Source: a virus. From it: DNA of 64,000 nt. Position 1 is the first letter of the stretch. Each line of letters opens with the position of its first letter. Made by a program: the position numbers and the translations under genes. Where the stretch lies: the IMG/VR virus record IMGVR_UViG_3300043411_002995, positions 32,001 to 96,000 of that record, one strand, 5' to 3'. Under the pieces are notes generated by a model. It was not told the origin of the DNA and did no database searches. It worked only from the letters and a program-made list of their open reading frames with translations. Below are positions 17,533 to 27,138 of the stretch, piece by piece.

Positions 17533-20358
17533 TCAGACCAGGAGGGTCAGCGTGATGTTGTTGAGGGGCAGCGGCACGCTGATGTCGATGTCGACCTCGA
17601 CGGTGTCCGGCTGCGAGGAGGATTCCTCGATCCGCGACATCTGCCCGCCGCGGAGCGGCGCCCCGACGCGCGGCGCGCGCTGGGACTTGAGGAACTCGAT
17701 GCCGCCCTCGCCGCGGGTCTTCAGGACGTCCATCAGGCCGTCCGTGATGTTGTAGATCCCGAGGAACGGCCGGAACAGCCCGCGGAAGAACCGGGCGATC
17801 AGGTCGACGTTCTTCGTGACCGAGAACTCCTGGAAGTAGATGGTGGAGACGTCGGTGGTGAGCTGGTGGCGGATGCTCAGGGCGGCGTCGACCACCGGCT
17901 GGACGAACACCATGTTGCCGCCGCCGGCGATGGTGTCGAGCTGGGTGTCCGAGAACAGGTCGTCGGAGTGCTCGCGGCCGACGAAGCCGGTCACCGCCAG
18001 GTTGGTCATGCCGGCCTGGCTGGGCAGCCCGGCGGTGAGCCCGGCGATGACCGGCCCAGCGAAGTACCCCGGGACCTTCGTCGCCAGGGCGTTCACCGAG
18101 ATCGCCAGGACGTCGGGCCAGGTGTGGACGCACCGACGCGACGCGAACGACGTCGCGTAGCCGGCGATGAGCTGGGCCTGCTCGGTCAGGCTGAGGTCGC
18201 GGGTGATCCGGTACTCGACGTCCTCGAGCGTGCCGCCGAAGCCGGCCGTCGGGTCGGAGGCCAGGGTGAGCTGGCTCTCCGAGACGATCGCCTCGATCTC
18301 GTGGCGGGTGCCGGTGATGTACGCCTCCTCGTCCGCGGACGGCTCGATCGAGACGATGTCGAGCACGGTCAGCGTGGTGGTGGTGAGGCCGTTGAACTCC
18401 TCGGTCACCGGCACGGTCGTGTTGTCGGTCTTCACCTGGGTGGGCGAGATGACCGTCTCGATCACGTGGTCGTCGTTGTTGGCCCCGTTGGTGGCGCCGG
18501 CGACGCGCAGGACGCGGCCGACGTCGGCCGCCGTGAAGGCCGCGCCGAGGACGGTCCACACCCGCGAGGTGCCGTTGACGCCGTCCGCGTTGACGTCGCG
18601 CCCGGGCTCGCGGTTGATGCCGTAGACGGCCTGGGTGACGCCGCCACCGAAGGTCTCGTTGGCGCCGGGGGCCTCGACCGTCAGCACCGAGGTGGTGCTG
18701 ACGACCGTGCCGATCGTGAACGCGCCGTTGTTGCCGGCGTTGGCGGCGCCGCGCACGAAGAGCAGCTTGCCGACGTCGCCGGCGACGAAGGCCCCGTTGA
18801 CGAACGACCAGGCCTTGGTCGCCGCCACCACCGCGTCCGCGGCGTTGTGGGCGACCTCGCGGTCGAGGTCGCAGATCCACGCTCGCGTGGTCGACAGCAT
18901 GACCTCGGGGGTGTCGGGCTCCGGGTCGACCGTGACGCGCGCGCCGCTGACGATCGTGAGGATCTCGTACTCGACGTCGTTGAGGGCCGTGGTCGCGCCG
19001 TCGACGATGATGAACCGGCCGACGTCGGTGCCGGTGAAGGACGCCGCCGTCATCTGGATCACGTCGGCCGGCGCGTCGTCGAACCAGTCGCGCTCGTTGG
19101 GGGTGACCGAGCGGTGGACGCCCTCGACGGGGAGGTAGTCGGTGATCTCGAGGAAGTACCCGACGCCGACGTCGTCGGTGATGAACTGCCCGTTGGTGGG
19201 GTCCTTGAAGGTCAGGTTGGTCGCACCGCTGGTACCGTTGCCGGTGCCGGCGCTGGTCGCGACGCCGAGGCCGCTGGCCGGCACGACGACCTCGAGCTCG
19301 ACGAGCTTCCGGTTGAAGATGCCGACGCGCTCCTTGCCGACGGTCGACGCCGACATCCCATCGACGTGCGCCTTCACCAGCTGGTGCACCGCGGTGTTGT
19401 GGGTCATCACCGCGATGGCGTAGACGTCCTTGGCCTCGAGGTACTCGAGCGCGTCCTGGAACGCCTGCTCCTCGTCGTCGAGGAAGCCTTCGTCCAGGCC
19501 GACGAAGCTGACCTCGGTGGTCGTGTTCTGGATCGCCAGGTTGACGCCGTAGGCGCCGACGTTGGAGGGGACCACGGCGCCGACGCCGAAGACCGCCTCG
19601 ATCGAGTCGAGGTCGGTGAAGACGGTCAGGGCGTTGGCCAGGTCGGGGCGGATGGCGCGCCACGACAGGACGACGTTGCCCTCGACGACGTCGAGCGGGG
19701 TCGCGTCGGTCACCGACTGGAGGCCCGAGGCGATCTGGACGCCGGTCGCGGTCGGGGTGATGCTGCGGTCGCCGAACGAGGTGACGGGGTAGACCTCCTC
19801 CTCGCGGAACTCGAGCACGCGGTAGACGATGTTCGAGAGGGGCAGGCCTCCGCTCTGCCACTCGGCGGCGACGATCAGCTCGTTGTCGCTGTTCTTGCCG
19901 ATGACGAGCTTCCGCCCGAGGTCCGCGGCGGTGACGCCGCCGCCGGAGATGATGTCGACGTAGAACGTCGGGGCGCCGGCGGCATCGGGGTCGAACGCGG
20001 CGAACGCGTCGGTGGTCACGTCCTGGAAGAGGTTGGGCGTCGCCAGCTTCCCGGTGATGGCCTGCGCCTTCTTCACCAGGTAGGCGTCGGTCAGGGTCAC
20101 GCCGACCGGCTTGTGGGCGTTCGCCTCGGCCTCGGCCTCCGGCACGTCGGAGAGGTCGACGACGGCGCCGGTGGTCAGCCCCGTGTACGGGAAGATGCTG
20201 GTGCCGAGCTCGTCCTCGGAGTAGATCCCCGCCACCACCTCATCGGCGATCTGGAAGCCCGGGGCCACGACGCACACGGGGAGGCTGGGAAGGGACAGCG
20301 AGACGGCGGCATCCTGGAACTCCTGGATGACTTCGATTGCGGGGCGGCGGTAGGCCAT
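17533..20358 (-). CDS. Contractile tail sheath protein with inserted repeat domains
   Basis: 941 aa; C-terminal IRHQLTTD, EFSVTKNVD, VPLPLNNITLTL typical of sheath. Confidence 0.85.
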   Translation of the reverse strand: MAYRRPAIEVIQEFQDAAVSLSLPSLPVCVVAPGFQIADEVVAGIYSEDELGTSIFPYTGLTTGAVVDLSDVPEAEAEANAHKPVGVTLTDAYLVKKAQAITGKLATPNLFQDVTTDAFAAFDPDAAGAPTFYVDIISGGGVTAADLGRKLVIGKNSDNELIVAAEWQSGGLPLSNIVYRVLEFREEEVYPVTSFGDRSITPTATGVQIASGLQSVTDATPLDVVEGNVVLSWRAIRPDLANALTVFTDLDSIEAVFGVGAVVPSNVGAYGVNLAIQNTTTEVSFVGLDEGFLDDEEQAFQDALEYLEAKDVYAIAVMTHNTAVHQLVKAHVDGMSASTVGKERVGIFNRKLVELEVVVPASGLGVATSAGTGNGTSGATNLTFKDPTNGQFITDDVGVGYFLEITDYLPVEGVHRSVTPNERDWFDDAPADVIQMTAASFTGTDVGRFIIVDGATTALNDVEYEILTIVSGARVTVDPEPDTPEVMLSTTRAWICDLDREVAHNAADAVVAATKAWSFVNGAFVAGDVGKLLFVRGAANAGNNGAFTIGTVVSTTSVLTVEAPGANETFGGGVTQAVYGINREPGRDVNADGVNGTSRVWTVLGAAFTAADVGRVLRVAGATNGANNDDHVIETVISPTQVKTDNTTVPVTEEFNGLTTTTLTVLDIVSIEPSADEEAYITGTRHEIEAIVSESQLTLASDPTAGFGGTLEDVEYRITRDLSLTEQAQLIAGYATSFASRRCVHTWPDVLAISVNALATKVPGYFAGPVIAGLTAGLPSQAGMTNLAVTGFVGREHSDDLFSDTQLDTIAGGGNMVFVQPVVDAALSIRHQLTTDVSTIYFQEFSVTKNVDLIARFFRGLFRPFLGIYNITDGLMDVLKTRGEGGIEFLKSQRAPRVGAPLRGGQMSRIEESSSQPDTVEVDIDISVPLPLNNITLTLLV

Positions 20359-20382
20359 CGTCGGTTCTCCTGGTCGCGGCGG

Positions 20383-21045
20383 CTACGGGGTGCTTATCCG
20401 GGTGACGACGGTGCGCAGCTTCTGATCGCCTTGCGGCTCGACGCTCCAGCGTCGTTGAACTCTCGCCTGGAAGGCGACGGGAACTACAGAGATCTCGGGT
20501 CGAGCGCCCCCCTTGACGAGGGCCTCTTCGCCCATCTGGGTGGCTTCGATCTTGAAGAAGCCCAGGTGGGAGGCCTGCATGATACCGCGACTGGCCAATT
20601 TCCGCAGGACGTCGCGGAGCGCCTGGAAGGATTCGAACAGGTACCCGGCGATGAGCTCGGCCTCCGCGCCCGACCGCGAGAAGCAGCTCAGGACCATGCT
20701 GCCTGCCACCAGATCCGTGTAGGTTCGCCGATCCGTTCGCAGGTCCAGCGACTGCATCTGGCGGAAGCCGCTCGTCCTCGACCACTGCATCGGCCCGCGG
20801 TTGGCGACGATCGCCGGCGTCGTCCCGACCCGGGCCAGGTTGAAGGCGTACTTGTCGCAGATCGTGATCTGGGTCTTCTCCTCCTCGGGGGACCAGACCA
20901 GGTTCCCGAGCGGGTTGCCCTCGTAGAACAGGAGCTGGGCCACCTCGAGGGCGAACCCCTTGATGACCTCGTGGGGCCAGACGTACCGACGGTCCTCGTC
21001 GTGGAGGCTGCGGGCGTTCTCCTGCTGCACGACCGGCTCGCTCAC
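20383..21045 (-). CDS. Tail completion/terminator protein (probable)
   Basis: Position just upstream of the sheath; size and alpha/beta pattern. Confidence 0.5.
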   Translation of the reverse strand: MSEPVVQQENARSLHDEDRRYVWPHEVIKGFALEVAQLLFYEGNPLGNLVWSPEEEKTQITICDKYAFNLARVGTTPAIVANRGPMQWSRTSGFRQMQSLDLRTDRRTYTDLVAGSMVLSCFSRSGAEAELIAGYLFESFQALRDVLRKLASRGIMQASHLGFFKIEATQMGEEALVKGGARPEISVVPVAFQARVQRRWSVEPQGDQKLRTVVTRISTP

Positions 21046-21566
21046 GGGGCACCCGGGTGGCGGCGGTTGACGGTGGCCGTGGCCTGGTCGTAGGCGTCGA
21101 CCACGCCGTTCCGCAGGACGTCCGTCGTGGTCTGCTCCACGACCCGATCCTGCTCCTGCTGCTTCTGCTCACCAAACAGGGCGGCGAGCGAGATCGTGCG
21201 GAAGGTCAGCTTGGTCTCGCCGTCGGCCCCCTGGGCTGCGCTGGGCACCCCGGAGCCGGGCGCGAACAACTCCTCGACCGACCCGGCCTCGTCGCCGAGC
21301 TCGCCGGCGACCATCTCCGAGCTCGCGGCCAGGACCGCGCCCTGGTCCTCGGAGTCGATCACCATCCGGTCACCCTCGCTGGTCACGCGCACCGCCTGGG
21401 CCCGCAGGGCGGCCGCGACGTCGATGCCCGGGTCGATGCGACCACGCAAGCGGGTCTGGAGGTTGCCCGCCAGGATCGTCCGCGCCTCGGCGTCGACCTC
21501 ATCCAGCCGGGCGACGCCGGCGGTGTCCTTCGGGCCGAAGAAGATCCAGTCGTTGAACCCGCTCAC
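21042..21566 (-). CDS. Hypothetical virion morphogenesis protein
   Basis: 4-nt overlaps with both neighbours. Confidence 0.6.
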   Translation of the reverse strand: MSGFNDWIFFGPKDTAGVARLDEVDAEARTILAGNLQTRLRGRIDPGIDVAAALRAQAVRVTSEGDRMVIDSEDQGAVLAASSEMVAGELGDEAGSVEELFAPGSGVPSAAQGADGETKLTFRTISLAALFGEQKQQEQDRVVEQTTTDVLRNGVVDAYDQATATVNRRHPGAP

Positions 21567-21820
21567 TCACCGCCCCCGCTCTTCGAGGCGTAGTCCACCA
21601 TCTGGTTCGGCGAGGTCAGGGGCGTGGGCGCGCGCTTCGCGGACGCGGGCTTGGGCTGCAGCGGCGCACCGGACTTCAGCCCTGTCTTGGCGTTGGGGCC
21701 CTGGGTCTGGTCCATGACGTCAGCGACGCCGGCGTCGTACGGCGCCGGCGCCTCGTGCTGCTGGGGGAACGCCCCCAGCTTCACGAGCTCGTCCACGAAT
21801 CCACGGAGGTAGGGTCCCAT
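21563..21820 (-). CDS. Small FxDELxK-family protein
   Basis: MGPYLRGFVDELVKLG; ATG 21820 overlaps upstream stop. Confidence 0.7.
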   Translation of the reverse strand: MGPYLRGFVDELVKLGAFPQQHEAPAPYDAGVADVMDQTQGPNAKTGLKSGAPLQPKPASAKRAPTPLTSPNQMVDYASKSGGGE

Positions 21821-22698
21821 CAGAACATCCGCTCTTCCTTGAGCCGTTCCCATTCTTGCACGACGGCCCGGAGGGTTTCGGCCGGAATGCGCTGGACCAG
21901 CACCTGGTACTCGACCTCGTCACGGCCGACCGCCGAGATCCGGCAGACGTGTTGGATCGTGGTCCCCTGCGGCTGGATCGTGTGGACCTTCGAGACCGCC
22001 CAGAGCGTGCCGGGCATGACCTCGTAGATGATGTCCCCCGGCTTCATCTGGGGGTAGGCCGAGAACCAGCAGTCCTTCTCCTTCTGCTGCATCTCGCCGA
22101 AGCTGGTGATCGACGTCAGCTTCTCGTCGGGGTTGTAGTCGACGTAGAAGGGGATCGGCTCGAAGAACGGGTGCTGCCGACCGGTGTTGAGGCAGAGCGT
22201 GCACCTCGAGGTGGTCTGCCGCTGCATGGTGACGTCCCAGCAGGGGCAACGCGCCGAGTCGGCGGTGCGCTCGATGAAGGCGAAGCTCGGCGTGCCCTGC
22301 AGGTAGCGCAGCACGAAGTCGTGCTGCTCGATGATGCAGAGCTCGTGAGGACGCGGCGAGGTCTCCCAGGTCCGCGTCTCGGAGACGACCTCGCCCTCCG
22401 GCGTCGTCGCCACCACCCGGTAGTAGTACTTCCGCCACCAGCTGATCAGGTTGGGCGTGACGTCGTCGAACTCGTAGACCAGCTGGCGCGCTACGCCTGC
22501 GACCTCGGCCACGAGCTCGACGAACTCGCCGGCGGTGAACTGCGGCGAGAGCGAGCGCTCGACGCGGAAGGTCACCTCCGACAGCCCGCTGTGCTGGGTC
22601 ACCAGCTCCCAGCAGACCATCACGGTCGCGTTCCCATCCGGTGGCGACCCCGGTTGGGCAACGATGATGTCGAGCCGTCGGAAGGCCAGCATGGTCAC
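21820..22698 (-). CDS. Neck/head-closure protein (probable) with Zn finger
   Basis: CPC...CTLCLNTG; located between adaptor and tail genes. Confidence 0.55.
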   Translation of the reverse strand: MTMLAFRRLDIIVAQPGSPPDGNATVMVCWELVTQHSGLSEVTFRVERSLSPQFTAGEFVELVAEVAGVARQLVYEFDDVTPNLISWWRKYYYRVVATTPEGEVVSETRTWETSPRPHELCIIEQHDFVLRYLQGTPSFAFIERTADSARCPCWDVTMQRQTTSRCTLCLNTGRQHPFFEPIPFYVDYNPDEKLTSITSFGEMQQKEKDCWFSAYPQMKPGDIIYEVMPGTLWAVSKVHTIQPQGTTIQHVCRISAVGRDEVEYQVLVQRIPAETLRAVVQEWERLKEERMF

Positions 22699-23171
22699 CA
22701 GAAGTAGTTCAGCAGGGCGTACTCCGACGCCACCCCGCCGGCGAGCGCGTTCATCACGTTGAGGGAGATCTTGTAGTTCGACTTCTTCCGCTCGTACTCG
22801 GCGACGAACTGGGCGATCCAGGCCTGGTAGTTCTGGGTCTTGTCGAAGATCCTCACGGAGACGCCGCCCGAGCTGTACGTGAGCTCGTTGCGCGACTGCA
22901 GGATGCCGGCGCTACGCAGGACCTGGATGGTCGCGCCGTAGATCAGCATGTACAACGACGGGAAGGTCTCGACCCGGTAGGTCGAGATCAACGGCGAGGT
23001 GATGTTGAAGTCGTCCAGGGCCAGCGCGATGGCCAGGTCGAGCTTCGGGTCGTCCGACTCCTGGCGGCGGATGAGCCGGTTGAGCTCGGGCGTGTCGTTC
23101 AGGAACATGCGCAGCAGGCGCCGAGCCTGTTGCTGCGCCCTGTCTGCCGCCGTTCCGGTAGTCGTTGCCAC
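22695..23171 (-). CDS. Head-tail adaptor protein (probable)
   Basis: Helical with YSSGGVSV hairpin; downstream of the capsid gene. Confidence 0.55.
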   Translation of the reverse strand: MATTTGTAADRAQQQARRLLRMFLNDTPELNRLIRRQESDDPKLDLAIALALDDFNITSPLISTYRVETFPSLYMLIYGATIQVLRSAGILQSRNELTYSSGGVSVRIFDKTQNYQAWIAQFVAEYERKKSNYKISLNVMNALAGGVASEYALLNYFW

Positions 23172-23199
23172 GGGCTACTCCCGGCGTCGCCGGGGACGC

Positions 23200-23730
23200 C
23201 TAGTTCTTCTTGCCGACGCGGAGGTTGTCATGGAACCCGGCGACCGCGGCGATCGGCGTCGGCCGCGGGTCCACGAGATCCTCGAGCTTGCCCTTGGCCA
23301 CGTCGGCCTTGGTGACCGACGGGATGTCCAGGTCGTCCTCGTCGTCCGAGGACGCCGCCAGGACCTCGGCCTCGCTGGCGTCCTCGTCGTCGGCCCCCGC
23401 GGCGCGCAGCGGCACGACCTTCGACGACTTCCGCTTGTCGACCGTGACCAGCGTCGCGCGCTCCGTCGACGGCGCCGCCTTGGGGCGCGGCGCGTCGTCG
23501 TCGTCCTTGTCGACGACCTTCGCCTTCTTCGGCGGGACGTAGGGCGGGAACGCCCCCTCCTCGACCTTCAGGTCGAGGCAGTCGACGAGCTCGGAGGTTC
23601 CCTTGTCGAGCCGGTTGATCGGCGCGGCATCTCCTGGCTGGAGCAACCGACCCGCCTCCGTGAGGAAGATCGGCCGCGCGTGGGCGGGCCCACGATCAGC
23701 GGAGGTGTTGGTGACCCTGTACTTGTACAT
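23200..23730 (-). CDS. Hypothetical protein, acidic low-complexity C-terminus
   Basis: ORF with its own promoter. Confidence 0.65.
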   Translation of the reverse strand: MYKYRVTNTSADRGPAHARPIFLTEAGRLLQPGDAAPINRLDKGTSELVDCLDLKVEEGAFPPYVPPKKAKVVDKDDDDAPRPKAAPSTERATLVTVDKRKSSKVVPLRAAGADDEDASEAEVLAASSDDEDDLDIPSVTKADVAKGKLEDLVDPRPTPIAAVAGFHDNLRVGKKN

Positions 23731-23737
23731 GCCTGAA

Positions 23738-23767
23738 ACGGTAAGCCCGCGCAGGCGCCCTGGTCAA
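23738..23767 (-). promoter_or_regulatory. Sigma70-type promoter (leaderless)
   Basis: TTGACC-N18-TACCGT, ATG 7 nt downstream. Confidence 0.65.
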
Positions 23768-23814
23768 GGCGCGAGCGCGGGCCCCTCAGCCAGCGTCGGA
23801 TCAGCTCGAGCCGA

Positions 23815-24711
23815 TCAGGTCAGCGTCATCTTGGCCGCGGCGCGCAGGTTGCCGTAGCCCATGCCGACGTACTCCCAGGTCTGCCACGACACCATGTCAC
23901 CGCGCTTCTCGATGTAGAACTTGGTGTCGTTCAGGATGTAGAAGTTGCCGAGGTACTTCGGGTCCGTGAAGATGTACAGGGTGCCGGGCACCACGATCGA
24001 CGACTTGATCGTCACCACCAGCTTGTGGCCGAGGATGGTGTTGTACTTGTAGCCGTTGACCAGGATCTCGCTGGCCAGCGGGGAGCCGATCACGGCGCCC
24101 TCCTGGGTCATGAAGTCGTCCCAGTCGGCCTTGTGCATCAGGATGGTGCCGACGGCGAGCTCGTCGGTGTCCAGCGCCTTGAAGAGCTTGACCAGGTTCT
24201 CGCTGGTCGCCGGGCCGGCGGCCGCGGGGGCGATGGTCTTGCCGTTCGCCGCGATCACCGCGTCGGTGAACTCGATGAACTTGCCGTCCTCGATCTTCTG
24301 GATGTCCTTGACCGAGTTCTCCTCGATGACCTTGGTCACCGGGTAGTCGTAGGCCAGGAGCTCCGCCTCGTTCTTCTTGAACTTGTCGGACTCGATCTTG
24401 AAGAACGGGATCTCGTAGCGGTCGCTCTCGATGTACCGCTCGTGGGTCTTGCCCCGGAAGTTGACCGCGGCCGCCGAGCTCTGCGGCTCGATGTCGACGA
24501 TCTTGACCAGGGTGTCGTGGTTGACCGACCGCTGGCAGTCGGCCTTGGTGAGGTACTCCGGCGGCAGGATGCTGCGCACGAAGCTGACCTCGCGGAGGCG
24601 CTCGCGCACGAAGGCACCGCCGGCCTGGGCGGCCTTCTCGAGGCCGTCCGCCGTGTCCAGGCGCGAGACGAAGAGGTTGTTGAAGGTGGCCGCGTCGATC
24701 TGGGGGTCCAT
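23815..24711 (-). CDS. Major capsid protein (HK97-like fold, probable)
   Basis: 298 aa after protease, scaffold and decoration genes; strong RBS; IQKIEDGKF, ILGHKLVVT, WEYVGMGYGN. Confidence 0.8.
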   Translation of the reverse strand: MDPQIDAATFNNLFVSRLDTADGLEKAAQAGGAFVRERLREVSFVRSILPPEYLTKADCQRSVNHDTLVKIVDIEPQSSAAAVNFRGKTHERYIESDRYEIPFFKIESDKFKKNEAELLAYDYPVTKVIEENSVKDIQKIEDGKFIEFTDAVIAANGKTIAPAAAGPATSENLVKLFKALDTDELAVGTILMHKADWDDFMTQEGAVIGSPLASEILVNGYKYNTILGHKLVVTIKSSIVVPGTLYIFTDPKYLGNFYILNDTKFYIEKRGDMVSWQTWEYVGMGYGNLRAAAKMTLT

Positions 24712-24764
24712 CTGGTCGTTCTCCTGGCGCTGAGGTGGTTGGTGGGGGTGGGCCTACCGTGGCC

Positions 24765-25271
24765 TCAGAGACCCGGCGACTCGTAGTGGAGGACGCCGCT
24801 GGCGACCTCGATGACGCGCCCGACGACGCCCTGCAGCTGGCGCGCGTCCATGGTCGCCGGGTTGGGGGCGTCGAGGTAGCCGCGGTCCTCGGCGGCGTCG
24901 AACACGACGACCAGGAGGTAGCCGGGGGCGAAGGTGCCGCCGGTGTTGTAGAACGTGGTCTTGGCCTGGTACGTCCCGCTCAGGACGGTGATCGCGCCGG
25001 TGGCCAGGGTGTCGGACTGGCCATCGCCGCCCGGCACGCGGAGGGTCCAGCAGACCTTGGCGCCGAGGGCGGGCGAGTTGATGTCGTCGGCGACGACGAC
25101 CTTGGCGGCCTTGGTGACGCCACCGCTGGTGGCGGGCTTGACCCACTCGCCCGGATCGAACCGGAGGGTGGTGTCGACGACGAGCAGGTCCTGGCGGAGC
25201 ATCTCGTCGCCGCCACGGACGATCTCGAAGTCGCGGGCGGCGCGGACATCCTTGGGAACGGGGAAGGTCAT
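24765..25271 (-). CDS. Capsid decoration/cement protein (probable)
   Basis: Beta-rich 168 aa immediately upstream of the capsid gene. Confidence 0.55.
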   Translation of the reverse strand: MTFPVPKDVRAARDFEIVRGGDEMLRQDLLVVDTTLRFDPGEWVKPATSGGVTKAAKVVVADDINSPALGAKVCWTLRVPGGDGQSDTLATGAITVLSGTYQAKTTFYNTGGTFAPGYLLVVVFDAAEDRGYLDAPNPATMDARQLQGVVGRVIEVASGVLHYESPGL

Positions 25272-25293
25272 CTGTCTCTCCTGGGGTCTGGGG

Positions 25294-25620
25294 TCAGTCG
25301 GCCAGCGTGTGGAAGAACGCCGTCACCGCAGAATCGCCGCCGGCAACCGTGCCGCCAGCGCTGGCGACCTTGCCGAGATCCGGCATGTCGACGTCGAGCT
25401 CGAGCGCCTGCTCGAGCACCTCGAGGTTCTTCTCGAGGAGCGAGGCCACCTTGATCTGGAAGGCCTCGTAGGACTCGAAGGGCGGGATCTTCCCCCGCTC
25501 CACCATCGAGAACGCGAGCTTCGTCGCGTCCTCGCGCTTCTGCGCCCGGTCCAGCGCGTCAGCCGCCTCCTTCAGGAGGTCGTTCTTGTCGTCGATCTTG
25601 ATCACGTCGTTGGTCGCCAT
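25294..25620 (-). CDS. Scaffold-like helical protein
   Basis: GAGGAG RBS, ATG 25620; KEA, KLA, KVA sites. Confidence 0.55.
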   Translation of the reverse strand: MATNDVIKIDDKNDLLKEAADALDRAQKREDATKLAFSMVERGKIPPFESYEAFQIKVASLLEKNLEVLEQALELDVDMPDLGKVASAGGTVAGGDSAVTAFFHTLAD

Positions 25621-25671
25621 GTTCTCCTCGGGGTCGTGTCGATGATCGGCTGACCGTCCGGGAGTCGCAGC

Positions 25672-25701
25672 TTGAGATCCCATCCTCTCACGGGATCTCA
25701 A
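25672..25701. repeat. Perfect 10-bp inverted repeat
   Basis: TTGAGATCCC-N10-GGGATCTCAA, intergenic. Confidence 0.85.
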
Positions 25702-25710
25702 TACGTCAAC

Positions 25711-26568
25711 TCAGCCGTTGACGATGACCACGCCGGACTTCTTCTTCTCGGGCTCGGACTTCCCGCCGTTGATCGCGCGGTACGCGAGCGCGCCGCCGCC
25801 GAGGTACAGCGCCGGCTTCTTCATCTTCTTGAGCTGGTCGTTGGTCACGCCGAGCTGCGTGCCGCCGATGTTGACGCCGAGCGCCTTGCCACCGGCCGCC
25901 CCGCCGCTCGCCGCCGAGGCGGCGGGCGTGACCGCCTGCCGGAGCTCCTTCATGGCGGGCAGGTGGGCGAAGCCCTTGTTGTCGCCCAGGATCGCGTGGA
26001 CGGTGGCGTCGGGGTACTTCTTCCGGAGCTTCTCGACGAACTTCATCTTCTCGATGTCGCCGAGGCCATCGTAGGCCCGCGCCGAGCTCTTCCAGCTGCG
26101 GAGCGCGCTCTCCGCATGCTGCTTCGCCTTGTCGACGGTGGACCCGGCGCGACTGGAGCGCAGGCTCGAGCCGATCTCGCCGAAGAACCGGCGGATGCCG
26201 CCGGGTGCCGCGGCCTTCTCGAGGAACTCGGCGATCGCCTCGGGCGAATGGCCGGCCTCGAGCGCCACCTTGATGAAGGCGGCGGTGTCCACGGTGGGCG
26301 CCGCCGGCGCCGCCGTCTTGGTCTGGCCGCCGTCGATGGCGGCGATCTCCGCCATCGTCCGACGGATGATCTCGACGGACGCGACCTTCTCGGCCAGGGT
26401 CGCGTTCCCCGCCGCGACCTGGTCGGCCGGCGAGGCCTCGGCTGCACGGCGACACCGCGCGGCGAGCTTGGAGAAGTCGGGCTTCGCCGGCGCCGCCGTC
26501 TTGGTGTGCCGAGCGCCGAGGTTGTTCACCCCGGTCTCGTTGAGCAGCTCGTCGAGTGTGAAGCCCAT
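25711..26568 (-). CDS. K-x-A-rich putative head protein
   Basis: KTA, KLA, KVA, KTA, KVA, KAA in N-half; basic C-half with hydrophobic ALYLGGGALAY. Confidence 0.7.
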   Translation of the reverse strand: MGFTLDELLNETGVNNLGARHTKTAAPAKPDFSKLAARCRRAAEASPADQVAAGNATLAEKVASVEIIRRTMAEIAAIDGGQTKTAAPAAPTVDTAAFIKVALEAGHSPEAIAEFLEKAAAPGGIRRFFGEIGSSLRSSRAGSTVDKAKQHAESALRSWKSSARAYDGLGDIEKMKFVEKLRKKYPDATVHAILGDNKGFAHLPAMKELRQAVTPAASAASGGAAGGKALGVNIGGTQLGVTNDQLKKMKKPALYLGGGALAYRAINGGKSEPEKKKSGVVIVNG

Positions 26569-26606
26569 GTGAGTTCCCCCGGATCGAAGATCGGAAGCGA
26601 CGGGGC

Positions 26607-27092
26607 TCAGCGGCCCATGTGCTTGGCGAGCAGCCGCGACACGTACTGCGGATCCGCCGCCATCTTGGCGAGGATCTTCTTCTTCCGCGCCCGGACCTTG
26701 GCGGCCGAGGTCTTCTCCTCGCCGCTGTCCTCCTTGGACTCGCGCGGCTCGGTCTTCTCCTCGTACTCGGAGTCGTCCTCCTCGTCGCCCTCCTTCTTCT
26801 CCTTCTTCTTGCCGCCCATGGCCGCGGCCATGGCCTCCTCGAAGGCGGACTTCTTGTCCGCCTCGCCGGCGCCCGGCATCGCCTCGTCGACGGCGATCTT
26901 CACCATGTCGGCGAAGACGTGGTGGGCGAGGGTACGACCGATCGCGTCGTAGTCCTGCGCCTGCTTGAGGAGGCCGGGGTCGACCTGGCTGAGGTCGCGG
27001 GCGGGCGGGAGCCCCTGCGCGGCGCGCACCTGCGCGACCTTCTCGTGATCGCGCGACTGCATCGCGCCGAAGACTGCCTTGAGCGAGTTCAT
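26607..27092 (-). CDS. K-x-A putative head/scaffold protein (DxxGR paralog)
   Basis: GGAG RBS, ATG 27092; KQAQDYDAIGRTLAHHVFADMVKIA. Confidence 0.7.
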   Translation of the reverse strand: MNSLKAVFGAMQSRDHEKVAQVRAAQGLPPARDLSQVDPGLLKQAQDYDAIGRTLAHHVFADMVKIAVDEAMPGAGEADKKSAFEEAMAAAMGGKKKEKKEGDEEDDSEYEEKTEPRESKEDSGEEKTSAAKVRARKKKILAKMAADPQYVSRLLAKHMGR

Positions 27093-27138
27093 GGTGTGCT
27101 CCGCGTTCGTGGGGGGAGGTGGGTCGGCTACGCCAGGC

